DNA of 64,000 nucleotides from Minisyncoccota bacterium (GCA_036517475.1 DATDVZ010000010.1:15338-79337), one strand, 5' to 3'; shown: positions 1-8,992, counted from the stretch's first letter. Program-made: numbers and translations. The notes: a model not told the origin generated them from the letters alone.

Positions 1-926
1 TCAAGAAAAAGAACACCTTTGTGGGCAAGGGTTGCTTCTCCCGGTTTAGGAGTGGCTCCGCCTCCGACAATTGAAACATAAGAAGATGTATGATGCGGTG
101 CTCTGAAAGGCGGGTCAATAATAAGCGAGCCAGAAAGTGTTCCCGCAACTGAATGAATTCCTGTCGCTTCAAGGATTTCATCAAAAGAGAGAGGTGGCAG
201 GATTCTGCTGAAAGCTTTTGCAAGCATCGTCTTGCCCGTGCCCGGCGGACCATAAAGAGCTACGTTGTGCCCGCCAGCAGCGGCAATTTCTAATCCTCTT
301 TTGGCCGACTCCTGCCCGCGAATATCTTCAAAATCAATTCCCTCGCCTTTTTTGCTTGGCGGAATCTTGGTTTTGGGCTGTACTGGGATTTGCAAGGCCT
401 CTTCTCTTGTCGTATCAACATGATTTAAAACTTCTTCAAGGGTTTCTACCCCATAGACTTCAATGCCGTCAATCAAAGCTGCTTCCTCGGCATTTTCCTT
501 CGGAACGAAAACTTTTTTAAACCCTTTCTCTTTTGCGTGTTTTACCAAAGGCAGTACACCATTAATTTTTCTGAGTTTTCCATCAAGCGAAAGTTCGCCC
601 AAAAAAATTATTTTTTCAGGGTCAAAATCAATTTCCTCTGCTGCCAGAAGATAGGCAAGAGCCATTCCCAGATCAAAGAACGGACCTTCCTTTTTGATAT
701 CTGCGGGAGCAAGAGAGATTACAACTTTCTGATTTTTATTTTTTGGAGATTTAAAACCGGAATTTTTTATTGCTGCTGAAATCCTGTCACGAGCTTCTTC
801 CACTGCTTTATCCGGAAGGCCCACAATTGCAAAACTATGCAGACCTTTTGAAAGATCCACTTCAATATCAATAATATGAGCTTTTAAAAAAGAAGTTTGC
901 GCGCTATGAACTTTAGCAAAAGACAT
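1..926 (-). CDS. Mg-chelatase-like AAA+ ATPase YifB/ComM family, N-terminal part (3' end runs off the window edge)
   Basis: Reverse-strand translation from ATG at 926-924: MSFAKVHSAQTSFLKAHIIDIEVDLSKGLHSFAIVGLPDKAVEEARDRI..., Lon-like N-domain then Walker A ALYGPPGTGKTMLAKAF. Frame open to position 1. Plus-strand ORFs 218-779 are shadow ORFs. Confidence 0.8.
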   Translation of the reverse strand, partial: MSFAKVHSAQTSFLKAHIIDIEVDLSKGLHSFAIVGLPDKAVEEARDRISAAIKNSGFKSPKNKNQKVVISLAPADIKKEGPFFDLGMALAYLLAAEEIDFDPEKIIFLGELSLDGKLRKINGVLPLVKHAKEKGFKKVFVPKENAEEAALIDGIEVYGVETLEEVLNHVDTTREEALQIPVQPKTKIPPSKKGEGIDFEDIRGQESAKRGLEIAAAGGHNVALYGPPGTGKTMLAKAFSRILPPLSFDEILEATGIHSVAGTLSGSLIIDPPFRAPHHTSSYVSIVGGGATPKPGEATLAHKGVLFL

Positions 927-1016
927 AAATCATTATTCATAAAACACAGAACATATACTGAAATTAATTATAAAAATAATATGAACTCTTATTTTTCATG
1001 TTTCATATTTAATGCT

Positions 1017-1388
1017 TTATTTACTCATGTGACTTCTACAAGTTGTGGCAGCTGGGTTTGCTTCCAGGCGGTCCTCTTCAATTTCTTCCCCACCCACGGA
1101 GCATATTCCATATTTACCAGTTTCAGTTTTTTTTAGAGCATCTTGGATTTCATTAAATCGGATTTCAAGCTGCTTTAAAATAGCGGTATTGTTCTCAAAC
1201 TCCTCAATTGTGTCTGCAACTTCATTTTCATCGGTGTTTAATCCTGTATCCATGACAGGAGGAGTTGCTTGCCAATCAGAAGGGTTTTCGGGGTTAATTC
1301 TGCCCACAGACTGAAGCTCTTTCTCCAAAAGAGCTTTTTCCTTTTCAAGTTTATCTTTAAAATATTTAAGTTTCTCTGAATCAAACAT
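1017..1388 (-). CDS. DksA/TraR-family C4 zinc-finger protein
   Basis: 123 aa, coiled-coil N-term, C-terminal CxxG...C motif (GKYGICSVGGEEIEEDRLEANPAATTC). Confidence 0.55.
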   Translation of the reverse strand: MFDSEKLKYFKDKLEKEKALLEKELQSVGRINPENPSDWQATPPVMDTGLNTDENEVADTIEEFENNTAILKQLEIRFNEIQDALKKTETGKYGICSVGGEEIEEDRLEANPAATTCRSHMSK

Positions 1389-1433
1389 TGTGGCTATATT
1401 AACAAGTCGGAGGATTTAAGGCAAAGGTCAATT

Positions 1434-2528
1434 TTATCTTGTCACAGTTGAGGTAAGAATTTTATCTATCATCGCTTTTAGTACCTCAACACTGGAGGTT
1501 ATTAGTAGAGTATTTTTATTGACGAAAGAATAAAGAATAATTGTCTCCCCTTTTGAGTTTTTTAGAATTCTTAAATCTTTGTTTCTTATTGTCTCGTCAC
1601 TCCAACCACTTTCAGTTTCTGGATTCAGTATCATGGTCGTTGTGCCAGTTACATCTCTCACAGGCAAAGAATACCTACTGAAGATCGCACCGATATCATC
1701 ATTCATTAATGACTCCCATTTGAGCATACCGCTGTAGGTATGATCAAAAGATGAAATAGAGAGAAGTAAAAATGGTTCATTTCTTGAACCTCCGTAGTAT
1801 CCGAACATAAATCTGGAACCAAATGAACGCAATAATGAGCTGGGTGCATTGATTTTCAAAATATTCAGGAATTCTGAAGCATCAATATCAGTTTCAACCT
1901 CGCCATTTTTTTTAATAAAATTTATATAGAAAATTTCAGACGGATTAACCTGCAATTTATCTCTTTGTGAAATAAGAAATTCCAATAACTTCTCACGGCT
2001 GCTTTGAGTTGTGTCAAAGACCGTTTTCTGATTGAAAGGAATTATGGAATTTTCTGAGGGCGTTACGTCTACAATTCCCATGTTGTCCTTTTTAAGAGTA
2101 AAAAGAAAATAAACTGATCCGGCGCCCAAAATTACAAGAGTGGCGCTTACAATCAAAGTAATAATTTTTTTTCTCCTTTCAGGATTAACCTGGGGTTCTG
2201 TTTTTTTTCTTTCCTGCTCTCTTTTTTTCTCGGCAAGAGCTAAATCCAGTACTGAAGTTTTTTCTCTTTTTATTGCTTCGGCGGCATCACCCTGAAAAGT
2301 CCGAAGATTTCTTAATTTAACATCGGGAAACTGCTCTCTGAGACTGGTTCTCTGGGGAACATTTTGATTAATAGTGTCGGGTTTAGAATTAACGACTTGC
2401 TCCTTTGGGAATATGTCCTCTCCGAGAGCTTTTTTTGCTTCAATAAATTTTTTTTCGCCCCCCGAAGTCAGATTTTGAGTAATTTTTGATATTTCTTCAT
2501 CATCTAATTTCAAGTCATCTTGTACCAT
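1434..2528 (-). CDS. hypothetical single-pass membrane protein
   Basis: 364 aa, charged N-terminal region, one TM helix (IITLIVSATLVILGAGSVYFLF), no recognised domain. Confidence 0.45.
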   Translation of the reverse strand: MVQDDLKLDDEEISKITQNLTSGGEKKFIEAKKALGEDIFPKEQVVNSKPDTINQNVPQRTSLREQFPDVKLRNLRTFQGDAAEAIKREKTSVLDLALAEKKREQERKKTEPQVNPERRKKIITLIVSATLVILGAGSVYFLFTLKKDNMGIVDVTPSENSIIPFNQKTVFDTTQSSREKLLEFLISQRDKLQVNPSEIFYINFIKKNGEVETDIDASEFLNILKINAPSSLLRSFGSRFMFGYYGGSRNEPFLLLSISSFDHTYSGMLKWESLMNDDIGAIFSRYSLPVRDVTGTTTMILNPETESGWSDETIRNKDLRILKNSKGETIILYSFVNKNTLLITSSVEVLKAMIDKILTSTVTR

Positions 2529-2610
2529 GAGATAATTTTAGCACCCCGTTAAAATAATTTCACAAATTAAATTCCTGGGACGAGAGAGTTTAAGGCACTT
2601 TTTGAAATTT

Positions 2611-3135
2611 TTAGCGTGATTTTGCGCGCCCAAAACCCATAAGATATTTCCTGGGATTTTCATCAAGATCAAGAAAGTCGTCCACTGTTTCAATAAGGCG
2701 GCTTGAAGTTGATTTTCCGAACCCAACAGCTTCAACTTGGCAGCCGCGTGTATTTTTCAAGTATTCAACTAAGGGAATATAATCTCCGTCTCCTGAAACT
2801 AGAATTATTGTATCCAAATTCTGTGCCATTTTAACTGCATCAATTGCAATCCCGACGTCCCAGTCAGCTTTTTTTGCACCTCCAAAAAATATCTGAAGGT
2901 TTTTAGTTTTTGTTTCAATCCCAGCTTTAGCAAGCGCCTCAAAAAAAGCCTTTTCTTCTCCAGTTTCTGTGGTTATCACGTAAGCAATTGCTCTAATAAG
3001 GGTTCTTCCGGCAAGGGCGTCCTTAACCACTTGGGCAAAATTAACTTTAGCTTTGTATAGATTTTTCGCGCTGTGATAGAGATTCTGCGTATCTATTAAA
3101 ATTCCAACTCTCTGTTCTTTATGTTTGATGGCCAT
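2611..3135 (-). CDS. NYN (LabA-like, PIN-like) domain protein
   Basis: 174 aa; RVGILIDTQNLYHS...ILVSGDGDYIPLV pattern typical of NYN/LabA. Confidence 0.65.
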   Translation of the reverse strand: MAIKHKEQRVGILIDTQNLYHSAKNLYKAKVNFAQVVKDALAGRTLIRAIAYVITTETGEEKAFFEALAKAGIETKTKNLQIFFGGAKKADWDVGIAIDAVKMAQNLDTIILVSGDGDYIPLVEYLKNTRGCQVEAVGFGKSTSSRLIETVDDFLDLDENPRKYLMGFGRAKSR

Positions 3136-3268
3136 GATTGATTTTTCTTATGAGCAAAGCGAATTAGAAATAATCATCACCCTGTTAAATCCTGCTTTGC
3201 AGGAATCCGCCATGGGCGGATTATTTAACAGGGTTAAGTAAATCATACTCGCTATACTCGTTGATTTT

Positions 3269-3541
3269 CTAAACTTTCTTCTTCAGTCCCATTTTCTTTA
3301 CTAGAGCTGAATATCTTTTGGGATTTTTCTTCTGCAGATAGCCCAAATGGGTCTGCCTCTGCGAAACCATACCAAGAAGACCTCTGCGGGAATGATTATC
3401 TTTTTTATTTTTTTTAAGATGCTTTGTTAATTCATCTATCCTTTTGGACAAAATAGAAATCTGGACCTCAGGGGACCCCGTGTCCTTGTCGTGAATTTGA
3501 ACTTCACCAATAATTCTGTGCTTTTTAGTCTTTGATATCAC
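3269..3541 (-). CDS. rpsO: 30S ribosomal protein S15
   Basis: 90 aa; [48 protein letters not shown] matches uS15. Confidence 0.9.
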   Translation of the reverse strand: MISKTKKHRIIGEVQIHDKDTGSPEVQISILSKRIDELTKHLKKNKKDNHSRRGLLGMVSQRQTHLGYLQKKNPKRYSALVKKMGLKKKV

Positions 3542-3659
3542 TTATCTAAAATATCACAAATATCGTTTAATAGCAAGTATTTAACTGTGAAATTCCTCAA
3601 ATCAGCAATAAAATTATAGACAATGACTAAGTCGCACAATATTTTGATAGAATAGAGAA

Positions 3660-4616
3660 ATGAATGATATAGACAAGTTAAAAAGAGACTTTCTTGAATA
3701 TCTGGAGATTGAAAGAGGTTCGGCCTTAAAAACTATTGAGAACTATGACTTATACCTAAGCCGCTTCTTGGATTTTGCCCAGGTAAAAAAACCAAATGAT
3801 ATTACAGAAAATAGCGTCAGACAATTCCGTCTTTCACTTAATAAGCAGCTTGTTGGTAATGGTCAGACTCTTTCCAAAAAAACTCAAAATTACTACATGA
3901 TTGCTTTGAGAATGTTTCTCAAATACCTTGCTAAAAGAAATATCAAAGCCATGCCGGCAGACCAGATTGAACTTGCAAAAGTTAAGGAACATTCTTTAAA
4001 TTTAATAACCCCCAAAGAGCTTGAACGACTTCTTGATGCTTCAAAAGGTAATGATTTGAAGAGTCTGCGCGATAAGGCAATACTTGAACTCCTTTTTTCT
4101 ACAGGTATGAGGGTCTCCGAACTTTGCTCCCTGCCGCGCGATATATCCACATCATCAGAAGAGCTCTCCATCCGAGGCAAGGGCGGTAAGATCAGAGTAG
4201 TCTTTATTTCAGAGAGTGCGCGTGAAGCGCTAAAAAAATATCTCAACGCCCGCAAGGATATGGAAGAAGGGCTTTTTATACGTTTAGGCAATCTTTCAGG
4301 TAAAAATAAGAATCCACCAGAGCAAAAAAAAGGAAAGGAGAAAAAAAAGAAATATCTCGGCAAAGATTACGGCAACCTAGACCGACGATCCGTTGAAAGT
4401 ATTGTAAAACACTATGCAATAAAAGCTGGCATTTCAAAAAAAGTTACTCCGCATGTCATAAGACACTGCTTCGCCACTGATCTTCTGCAAAATGGAGCGG
4501 ACTTGCGTTCAGTGCAGATGCTTTTGGGACACGCTAATATTGGCACTACTCAAATTTATACTCATATTACCGACAAGCACTTGAGAGAGGTTCATAAAAA
4601 ATATCACTCAAAATAA
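3660..4616 (+). CDS. tyrosine site-specific recombinase, XerC/XerD-like
   Basis: 318 aa; N-terminal SAM-like domain, catalytic HVIRHCFATDLL...LLGHANIGTTQIYTH. Carries a Lys-rich about 30-aa insertion (GKNKNPPEQKKGKEKKKKYLGKDYGN). Confidence 0.8.
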   Translation: MNDIDKLKRDFLEYLEIERGSALKTIENYDLYLSRFLDFAQVKKPNDITENSVRQFRLSLNKQLVGNGQTLSKKTQNYYMIALRMFLKYLAKRNIKAMPADQIELAKVKEHSLNLITPKELERLLDASKGNDLKSLRDKAILELLFSTGMRVSELCSLPRDISTSSEELSIRGKGGKIRVVFISESAREALKKYLNARKDMEEGLFIRLGNLSGKNKNPPEQKKGKEKKKKYLGKDYGNLDRRSVESIVKHYAIKAGISKKVTPHVIRHCFATDLLQNGADLRSVQMLLGHANIGTTQIYTHITDKHLREVHKKYHSK

Positions 4617-4628
4617 ATTTCGCAGTGC

Positions 4629-4657
4629 TTGACAAGTAATTCATAATTTGCTATAAT
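4629..4657 (+). promoter_or_regulatory. sigma70-like promoter (TTGACA-17-TATAAT)
   Basis: ttgaca at 4629-4634, tataat at 4652-4657. Confidence 0.5.
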
Positions 4658-4683
4658 CTAAATAACCCTAACAAAAGGAGTTC

Positions 4684-4833
4684 ATGCATATCAACCGCCG
4701 GAAACTCCGTCAGGAACTCGGGAGTCGCGTCGGTCGTCGACGAGGCACCAAAAGTGGGCCGATGGGCGTCCGAGTTCCTCGCCCTCGCATCCGCCTCGCC
4801 GAGAAAATCGAGCGGATGAAGGTCAAGAGCTGA
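4684..4833 (+). other. GC-rich islet: 49-aa Arg-rich small ORF (MHINRRKLRQELGSRVGRRRGTKSGPMGVRVPRPRIRLAEKIERMKVKS), or alternatively a structured ncRNA
   Basis: Strong SD aaaaggag 3 nt before ATG. About 60% GC in a roughly 35% GC genome. Long internal inverted repeat aggaactcgg...ccgagttcct. Followed by an intrinsic terminator. Confidence 0.3.
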
Positions 4834-4844
4834 TAGTACTGCAC

Positions 4845-4880
4845 GAAAACCGCACAAGGTTTCGTGCGGTTTTGTTTACT
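4845..4880 (+). terminator. rho-independent terminator (aaaaccgcac-loop-gtgcggtttt + T-rich)
   Basis: 10-bp stem, T-run follows. Confidence 0.7.
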
Positions 4881-4883
4881 AGA

Positions 4884-4911
4884 AGCTGAAAGCTAAAAGC
4901 TGTAAGCTAGA
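4884..4911 (+). repeat. four tandem heptamers AGCTNNN (agctgaa agctaaa agctgta agctaga) directly 5' of the xth ATG
   Basis: exact 7-nt phasing of the AGCT core. Confidence 0.6.
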
Positions 4912-4914
4912 GTC

Positions 4915-5682
4915 ATGCGTATTATTTCGTGGAATGTAAATGGATTGCGCGCCTTACACAGAAAAGGTAAGTGGAATGAGATTCTTGATCTTGATCCTGA
5001 TATTCTCTGCCTTCAGGAAATCAAAGCAGAAGTAAAAGATCTTCCAGCAGAAGTACAGAGTCCGCTCAATTTTTATTCATATTTTGACTCTCCAAAAGAA
5101 AAAAAGGGTTACAGCGGAGTTGCCATGTACTCCAAAGTCAAAACAGAGGGTGTTAGTTATGACTTCCACGGCGATAAAGAGGGGCGTCTCATTGAAGCTC
5201 ATTTCAAGGATTTTATTCTTTTTAATGTTTATTTTCCCAACGGAGGGGGTGGCCCGGAAAGACTTAAATACAAATTAGAGTTTTACGAAAAGTTTTTGAA
5301 ATTTATTGAAAAGCACAGAAATCCGCCAACTGGCGGAAAGCCGATAATTTTCTGCGGAGATATAAATACTGCTCACAAGGAAATTGATCTAGCTAGACCA
5401 AAAGAGAATGAAACTAGGACAGGTTTTTTACCGGAGGAAAGAGTATGGATAGATAAAGTAGTAAAAAAAGGTTATGTAGACATTTTCCGTCATCTTAATC
5501 CAGATAGATCGGGTGCATACACTTACTGGGATATGAAAACATTTGCACGCGACAGAAATGTCGGCTGGAGGATAGATTATTTTTTTATTTCGCCAGAATT
5601 GCTCTCAAAAGTTAAAAAGGTTGAAATTTTAGATGATATTTTTGGTTCCGATCACTGTCCTATCAGTTTGGAATTAAATTAA
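4915..5682 (+). CDS. xth: exodeoxyribonuclease III (AP endonuclease)
   Basis: 255 aa; MRIISWNVNGLRA...LCLQE...SDHCP motifs. Confidence 0.9.
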   Translation: MRIISWNVNGLRALHRKGKWNEILDLDPDILCLQEIKAEVKDLPAEVQSPLNFYSYFDSPKEKKGYSGVAMYSKVKTEGVSYDFHGDKEGRLIEAHFKDFILFNVYFPNGGGGPERLKYKLEFYEKFLKFIEKHRNPPTGGKPIIFCGDINTAHKEIDLARPKENETRTGFLPEERVWIDKVVKKGYVDIFRHLNPDRSGAYTYWDMKTFARDRNVGWRIDYFFISPELLSKVKKVEILDDIFGSDHCPISLELN

Positions 5683-5713
5683 AAAAGCGGACGTATGGTC
5701 CGCAAGTTAATCA

Positions 5714-6136
5714 CTAGCAATTTAATCTACCCCTCTCGCACTCGGTTATTGCCGCCAGAACCCTAACTCCAGCATGACGAACGATTTCTGCGGCATCCTG
5801 AATCTTCGAATACGGGAGATTTTTGTCTGCGCGAAAGAAAATAATTCTGTCAGTTCTGTCGTTATAGATTGATCGCAATCGAGGCCCCAGAGCATCTGCA
5901 GAAATAGGCGAACCATTCAGGAAATAGTTACCAGACTCATCAAGACCGAGAGTTATGTCTTCCTTTTCTTCAGGACGAGACAAGAGGTTCACTCCGACTG
6001 GTATACTTGCTTTGAAGCCGCCCATAAGAGGTGTTACCACCATAAAGATAATCAATAGGACCAGCATGATATCAATCATGGGAATGACGTTAGGCTCTGA
6101 ACTGATATCAGACTGCGGATATACTGATCGTGACAT
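5714..6136 (-). CDS. exbD: ExbD/TolR biopolymer transport protein
   Basis: 140 aa; IPMIDIMLVLLIIFMVVTP TM segment plus periplasmic domain. Confidence 0.75.
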   Translation of the reverse strand: MSRSVYPQSDISSEPNVIPMIDIMLVLLIIFMVVTPLMGGFKASIPVGVNLLSRPEEKEDITLGLDESGNYFLNGSPISADALGPRLRSIYNDRTDRIIFFRADKNLPYSKIQDAAEIVRHAGVRVLAAITECERGRLNC

Positions 6137-6175
6137 CTAAGATCTCCTTGAAAGAGCGTCCTTTATTATTATATA

Positions 6176-6203
6176 TTGACATAAATAATTTTGCGAGTAT
6201 AAT
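6176..6203 (+). promoter_or_regulatory. sigma70-like promoter for nusA (TTGACA-16-TATAAT)
   Basis: ttgaca 6176-6181, tataat 6198-6203. Confidence 0.5.
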
Positions 6204-6216
6204 GGGTCATTATTAT

Positions 6217-6247
6217 TAATGGTTCGCCCGAAAGGGCGAACCATTAG
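6217..6247 (+). promoter_or_regulatory. perfect 13-bp stem hairpin in the nusA 5' leader (taatggttcgccc gaaa gggcgaaccatta)
   Basis: seen directly, lies between the predicted TSS and the nusA ATG. Confidence 0.5.
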
Positions 6248-6281
6248 TTTAAATTATTCATTTCATTCATATAAATTTGGC

Positions 6282-7493
6282 ATGTTTGATCTAAAAGTAA
6301 TACATTCTGTTCTAGACCAGCTTCAAGATGAGAGGGGTATTCCAAAAGAAAAAGTCATTGAAGCAATAGGAGCTGCATTAGCAACAGCATACAGAAAAGA
6401 GTACGGGAAACGCGGACAGATTATTCGTGCTAATTTTGATATTAATACAGGAAAAACTGAATTTTATCAGGTAAAGGTTGTGGTTGATGAAAGCCGTGTG
6501 ATTTTTGCCGAAGAAGGTGAGGATGTTGAGAGGGCGGAAGGTGATGAGAGACCTTTTTTCAACCCAGAACACGACATAATTATTAATGATGCCAAAAAAA
6601 TAAAAAAAGACGTTGCGCTTGATGAGGAGTTGGTTTTCCCTCTGGAGACAAAAGATGATTTTGGCAGAATTGCATCTCAAACCGCAAAGCAGGTCATAAT
6701 GCAAAAAATACGCGAGGCGGAAAAAACTTCCGTTTTTTCCGAATTCGGCGAAAGAGAGGGAGAAATTGTTACTGGAACGGTGCAGAGGATTGAGAGAGGA
6801 AATATTTTTGTTGATATGGGAAGAGCAACTGGAATTCTCCCTTACGAAGAGCAGATTCCAACGGAGCGCTTCAGGCAAGGTGAGAGAGTACGTGCATATC
6901 TTTACAGAGTTGAAGAAACTCCCAGAGGAATTTTTCTTCGCCTCTCACGTTCTCATCCTAAACTTCTAGAAGAGCTTTTCAGGCAGGAAACCCCGGAAAT
7001 TGCAAATGATGTGGTAGAAATCAAAGCCGTGGCAAGGGAAGCGGGCTTTAGAAGCAAAATTGCAGCTTATTCAAAAGATGAACACATTGATCCAGTCGGT
7101 TCTATGGTCGGCCAAAGGGGGGTGCGAGTTTCAACTGTCATGAGCGAGCTTGGTGGAGAAAAAATCGATATTATTGAGTGGTCAGAGGATCCGAAGAAAT
7201 TTATTGAAGACGCCTTATCTCCCGCAAAAATCCTCTCTGTAGATGTTGATGAGGTGAATCATACTGCCAAAGTTGGGGTTTCAGAAGATCAGCAATCATT
7301 GGCAATTGGCCGTGGCGGACAAAACGTGCGTCTTGCGGCAAAACTCACGGGATGGAAAATAGACATCCAATCTGTCAAAGGGGAGAGTCTGGCAAATTCT
7401 GAAGTAGAGGAAAGTGAAATCCCAGAGAGGAAAGAAGGAAGGGAAATGACACCAGATATAGATATCCCATCTGAAAATCCCCAACTTACTTAA
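6282..7493 (+). CDS. nusA: transcription termination/antitermination factor NusA
   Basis: N-terminal domain, S1, two KH domains. Start placed at MFDLKVIHSV, since the ORF-track start at 6219 lies inside the leader hairpin. Confidence 0.9.
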   Translation: MFDLKVIHSVLDQLQDERGIPKEKVIEAIGAALATAYRKEYGKRGQIIRANFDINTGKTEFYQVKVVVDESRVIFAEEGEDVERAEGDERPFFNPEHDIIINDAKKIKKDVALDEELVFPLETKDDFGRIASQTAKQVIMQKIREAEKTSVFSEFGEREGEIVTGTVQRIERGNIFVDMGRATGILPYEEQIPTERFRQGERVRAYLYRVEETPRGIFLRLSRSHPKLLEELFRQETPEIANDVVEIKAVAREAGFRSKIAAYSKDEHIDPVGSMVGQRGVRVSTVMSELGGEKIDIIEWSEDPKKFIEDALSPAKILSVDVDEVNHTAKVGVSEDQQSLAIGRGGQNVRLAAKLTGWKIDIQSVKGESLANSEVEESEIPERKEGREMTPDIDIPSENPQLT

Positions 7494-7935
7494 AAATATA
7501 GACCCCCGAGGCAAGCCCCGAGGTAATTAATACCGAGCTCATTCCACTCGCATTGAAACGCGGCAAAGCCGTACGGTATTGGACTATATTATTTCATTAC
7601 ATGAACTGTACACTTTTCGCTCCGATAATATCGGAGCTCAAAGTCTTGCAGAAGCTCCATGTATTCGCTTCCTCACCTCGGCTCGTAAGTGAGAAAGTAA
7701 ACTTTCTCACTTCTCTATCAAAAGTATTTTTCTACTGAAAAATCTTTCGATCCTGTCTCGCACCGTCGTTCTCCGACCTTGCAAAAGCTCCATGTATTCG
7801 CTTTTTCACTCTACGTCGCTAATAAAATCACTGACAAACCCCTTAAATAAGGGGTTTATTACTACCTGACAAGAGTTATAATGTAAGGAAGAATATTCAA
7901 TAACGTCATTAATATTATTAAAATTAATTTTTAAA
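7494..7935 (+). other. 440-bp non-coding spacer with direct repeats and multiple hairpins
   Basis: 23-nt direct repeat gcaRaagctccatgtattcgctt (7660 and 7783). Hairpins at 7625-7645, 7689-7710, 7838-7860 (the last is terminator-like). Confidence 0.4.
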
Positions 7936-7937
7936 GT

Positions 7938-8639
7938 ATGATTACAAAAAAAATCGGGTTCACCTTGGCAATTACAATGATTGCAATAGGCGCTTATGCA
8001 AATGAAGTGAAGGTTAAAAGTGACGTTCGGGCAGATGTTAAGGCAAATATAAATATTGAACGCCCAAAACTTGATAAAATCCTCCAGAAATTTGCTTCAT
8101 CAAGTGATCGTATAAAGGAAGAGAGGGAGAAAAAAATGGAAAAGTTAAGTGAAAGAACTGAAAATAAACTTGAGAAGAAAAGAGAGCAGACAGAAAGAAG
8201 AGTGAAACATGAGCTTGAAATGATGAGTAGAAGAATCAAAGCCGCAATTGAAAGACTGGAAAAATTTGTTGAACGTATAAATTCAAGGATTGATAAAATC
8301 GAATCTCAGGGCAGAGATACCACCGTTGCAGAAAATGCAATGGTTGAGGCAAAAGCAGATATAAGTTCGGCTAAAATTAACTTTGAGGTCTTAAAAACAA
8401 TGACAGCAAATATTTCAGTCTGGGTAGGAACTTCAACTGCGACTTCTACAAACGCAACCTCAACAAAAGCAGAACTTAAGGCAAAATTTGCTGAACTGAG
8501 AGAACAAGTCAAAAAAATAAAACAAAACCTCAAGGATGCTCATAGCCATATTGTGGATGCTGTAAATAGCCTAAAAGGTCTTCGTATTGGAGTAGAATCC
8601 AATGCAACCACAACAGTTAACGCTACTACAACTCCATAA
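7938..8639 (+). CDS. secreted coiled-coil protein (signal peptide)
   Basis: 233 aa, N-terminal hydrophobic signal, Lys/Glu-rich heptad region, Thr/Ala-rich tail. Confidence 0.4.
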   Translation: MITKKIGFTLAITMIAIGAYANEVKVKSDVRADVKANINIERPKLDKILQKFASSSDRIKEEREKKMEKLSERTENKLEKKREQTERRVKHELEMMSRRIKAAIERLEKFVERINSRIDKIESQGRDTTVAENAMVEAKADISSAKINFEVLKTMTANISVWVGTSTATSTNATSTKAELKAKFAELREQVKKIKQNLKDAHSHIVDAVNSLKGLRIGVESNATTTVNATTTP

Positions 8640-8683
8640 ATGTTGATGATACAATTAACATAATAAAAATTAAATAATTAATC

Positions 8684-8992
8684 TTGATGGACCCAAATAA
8701 TCAAAATACTAACCAGACCCAAGAAAATCCGAAATCAATTGGACCGGCAATTGGAATAATTATCATTATTGCAATTATAGTTCTAGGGGGATTATATTTC
8801 TGGAATCAAAGGCAGAAACAAAATATAAACCCACAAACTCCCGCCAGTGAAGACGAGGTTACAAATCAGTTACAAGCCCAGAGTTCTTCCGATGAACTTG
8901 ATTCGATAGACGCCGATGCTAAGGCAACAAATTTCAACTCTATTGGAGGAGAAGTGGATTCGGCTGAGAGGGCGGCTGCAGAAGATCAATAG
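8684..8992 (+). CDS. small single-TM protein
   Basis: 102 aa, IGPAIGIIIIIAIIVLGGLYFW TM. Confidence 0.35.
   Translation: MMDPNNQNTNQTQENPKSIGPAIGIIIIIAIIVLGGLYFWNQRQKQNINPQTPASEDEVTNQLQAQSSSDELDSIDADAKATNFNSIGGEVDSAERAAAEDQ

Noticed and set aside
218-779. Plus-strand ORFs 218-520, 463-654, 537-779
   Set aside because: They lie antisense to a well-supported comM/yifB-like gene on the minus strand (Walker A GPPGTGKT). They are low-complexity shadow ORFs.
3660-4616. Xer-like recombinase as an integrase marking a mobile element with the GC-rich islet
   Set aside because: There is no recognisable att repeats, tRNA target or cargo genes. The gene has Xer-like architecture next to housekeeping genes. 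The Lys-rich insertion is low-complexity. This is kept as an ordinary feature.
4651-4857. Minus-strand 68-aa ORF over the GC-rich islet
   Set aside because: No start context. The plus strand has promoter, SD and terminator, and this ORF is antisense to them.
7730-7770. tRNA/tmRNA-like T-loop TTCGATCC in the nusA-downstream spacer
   Set aside because: Flanking sequence cannot form a T-stem or acceptor stem. No tmRNA 5' or 3' signatures.
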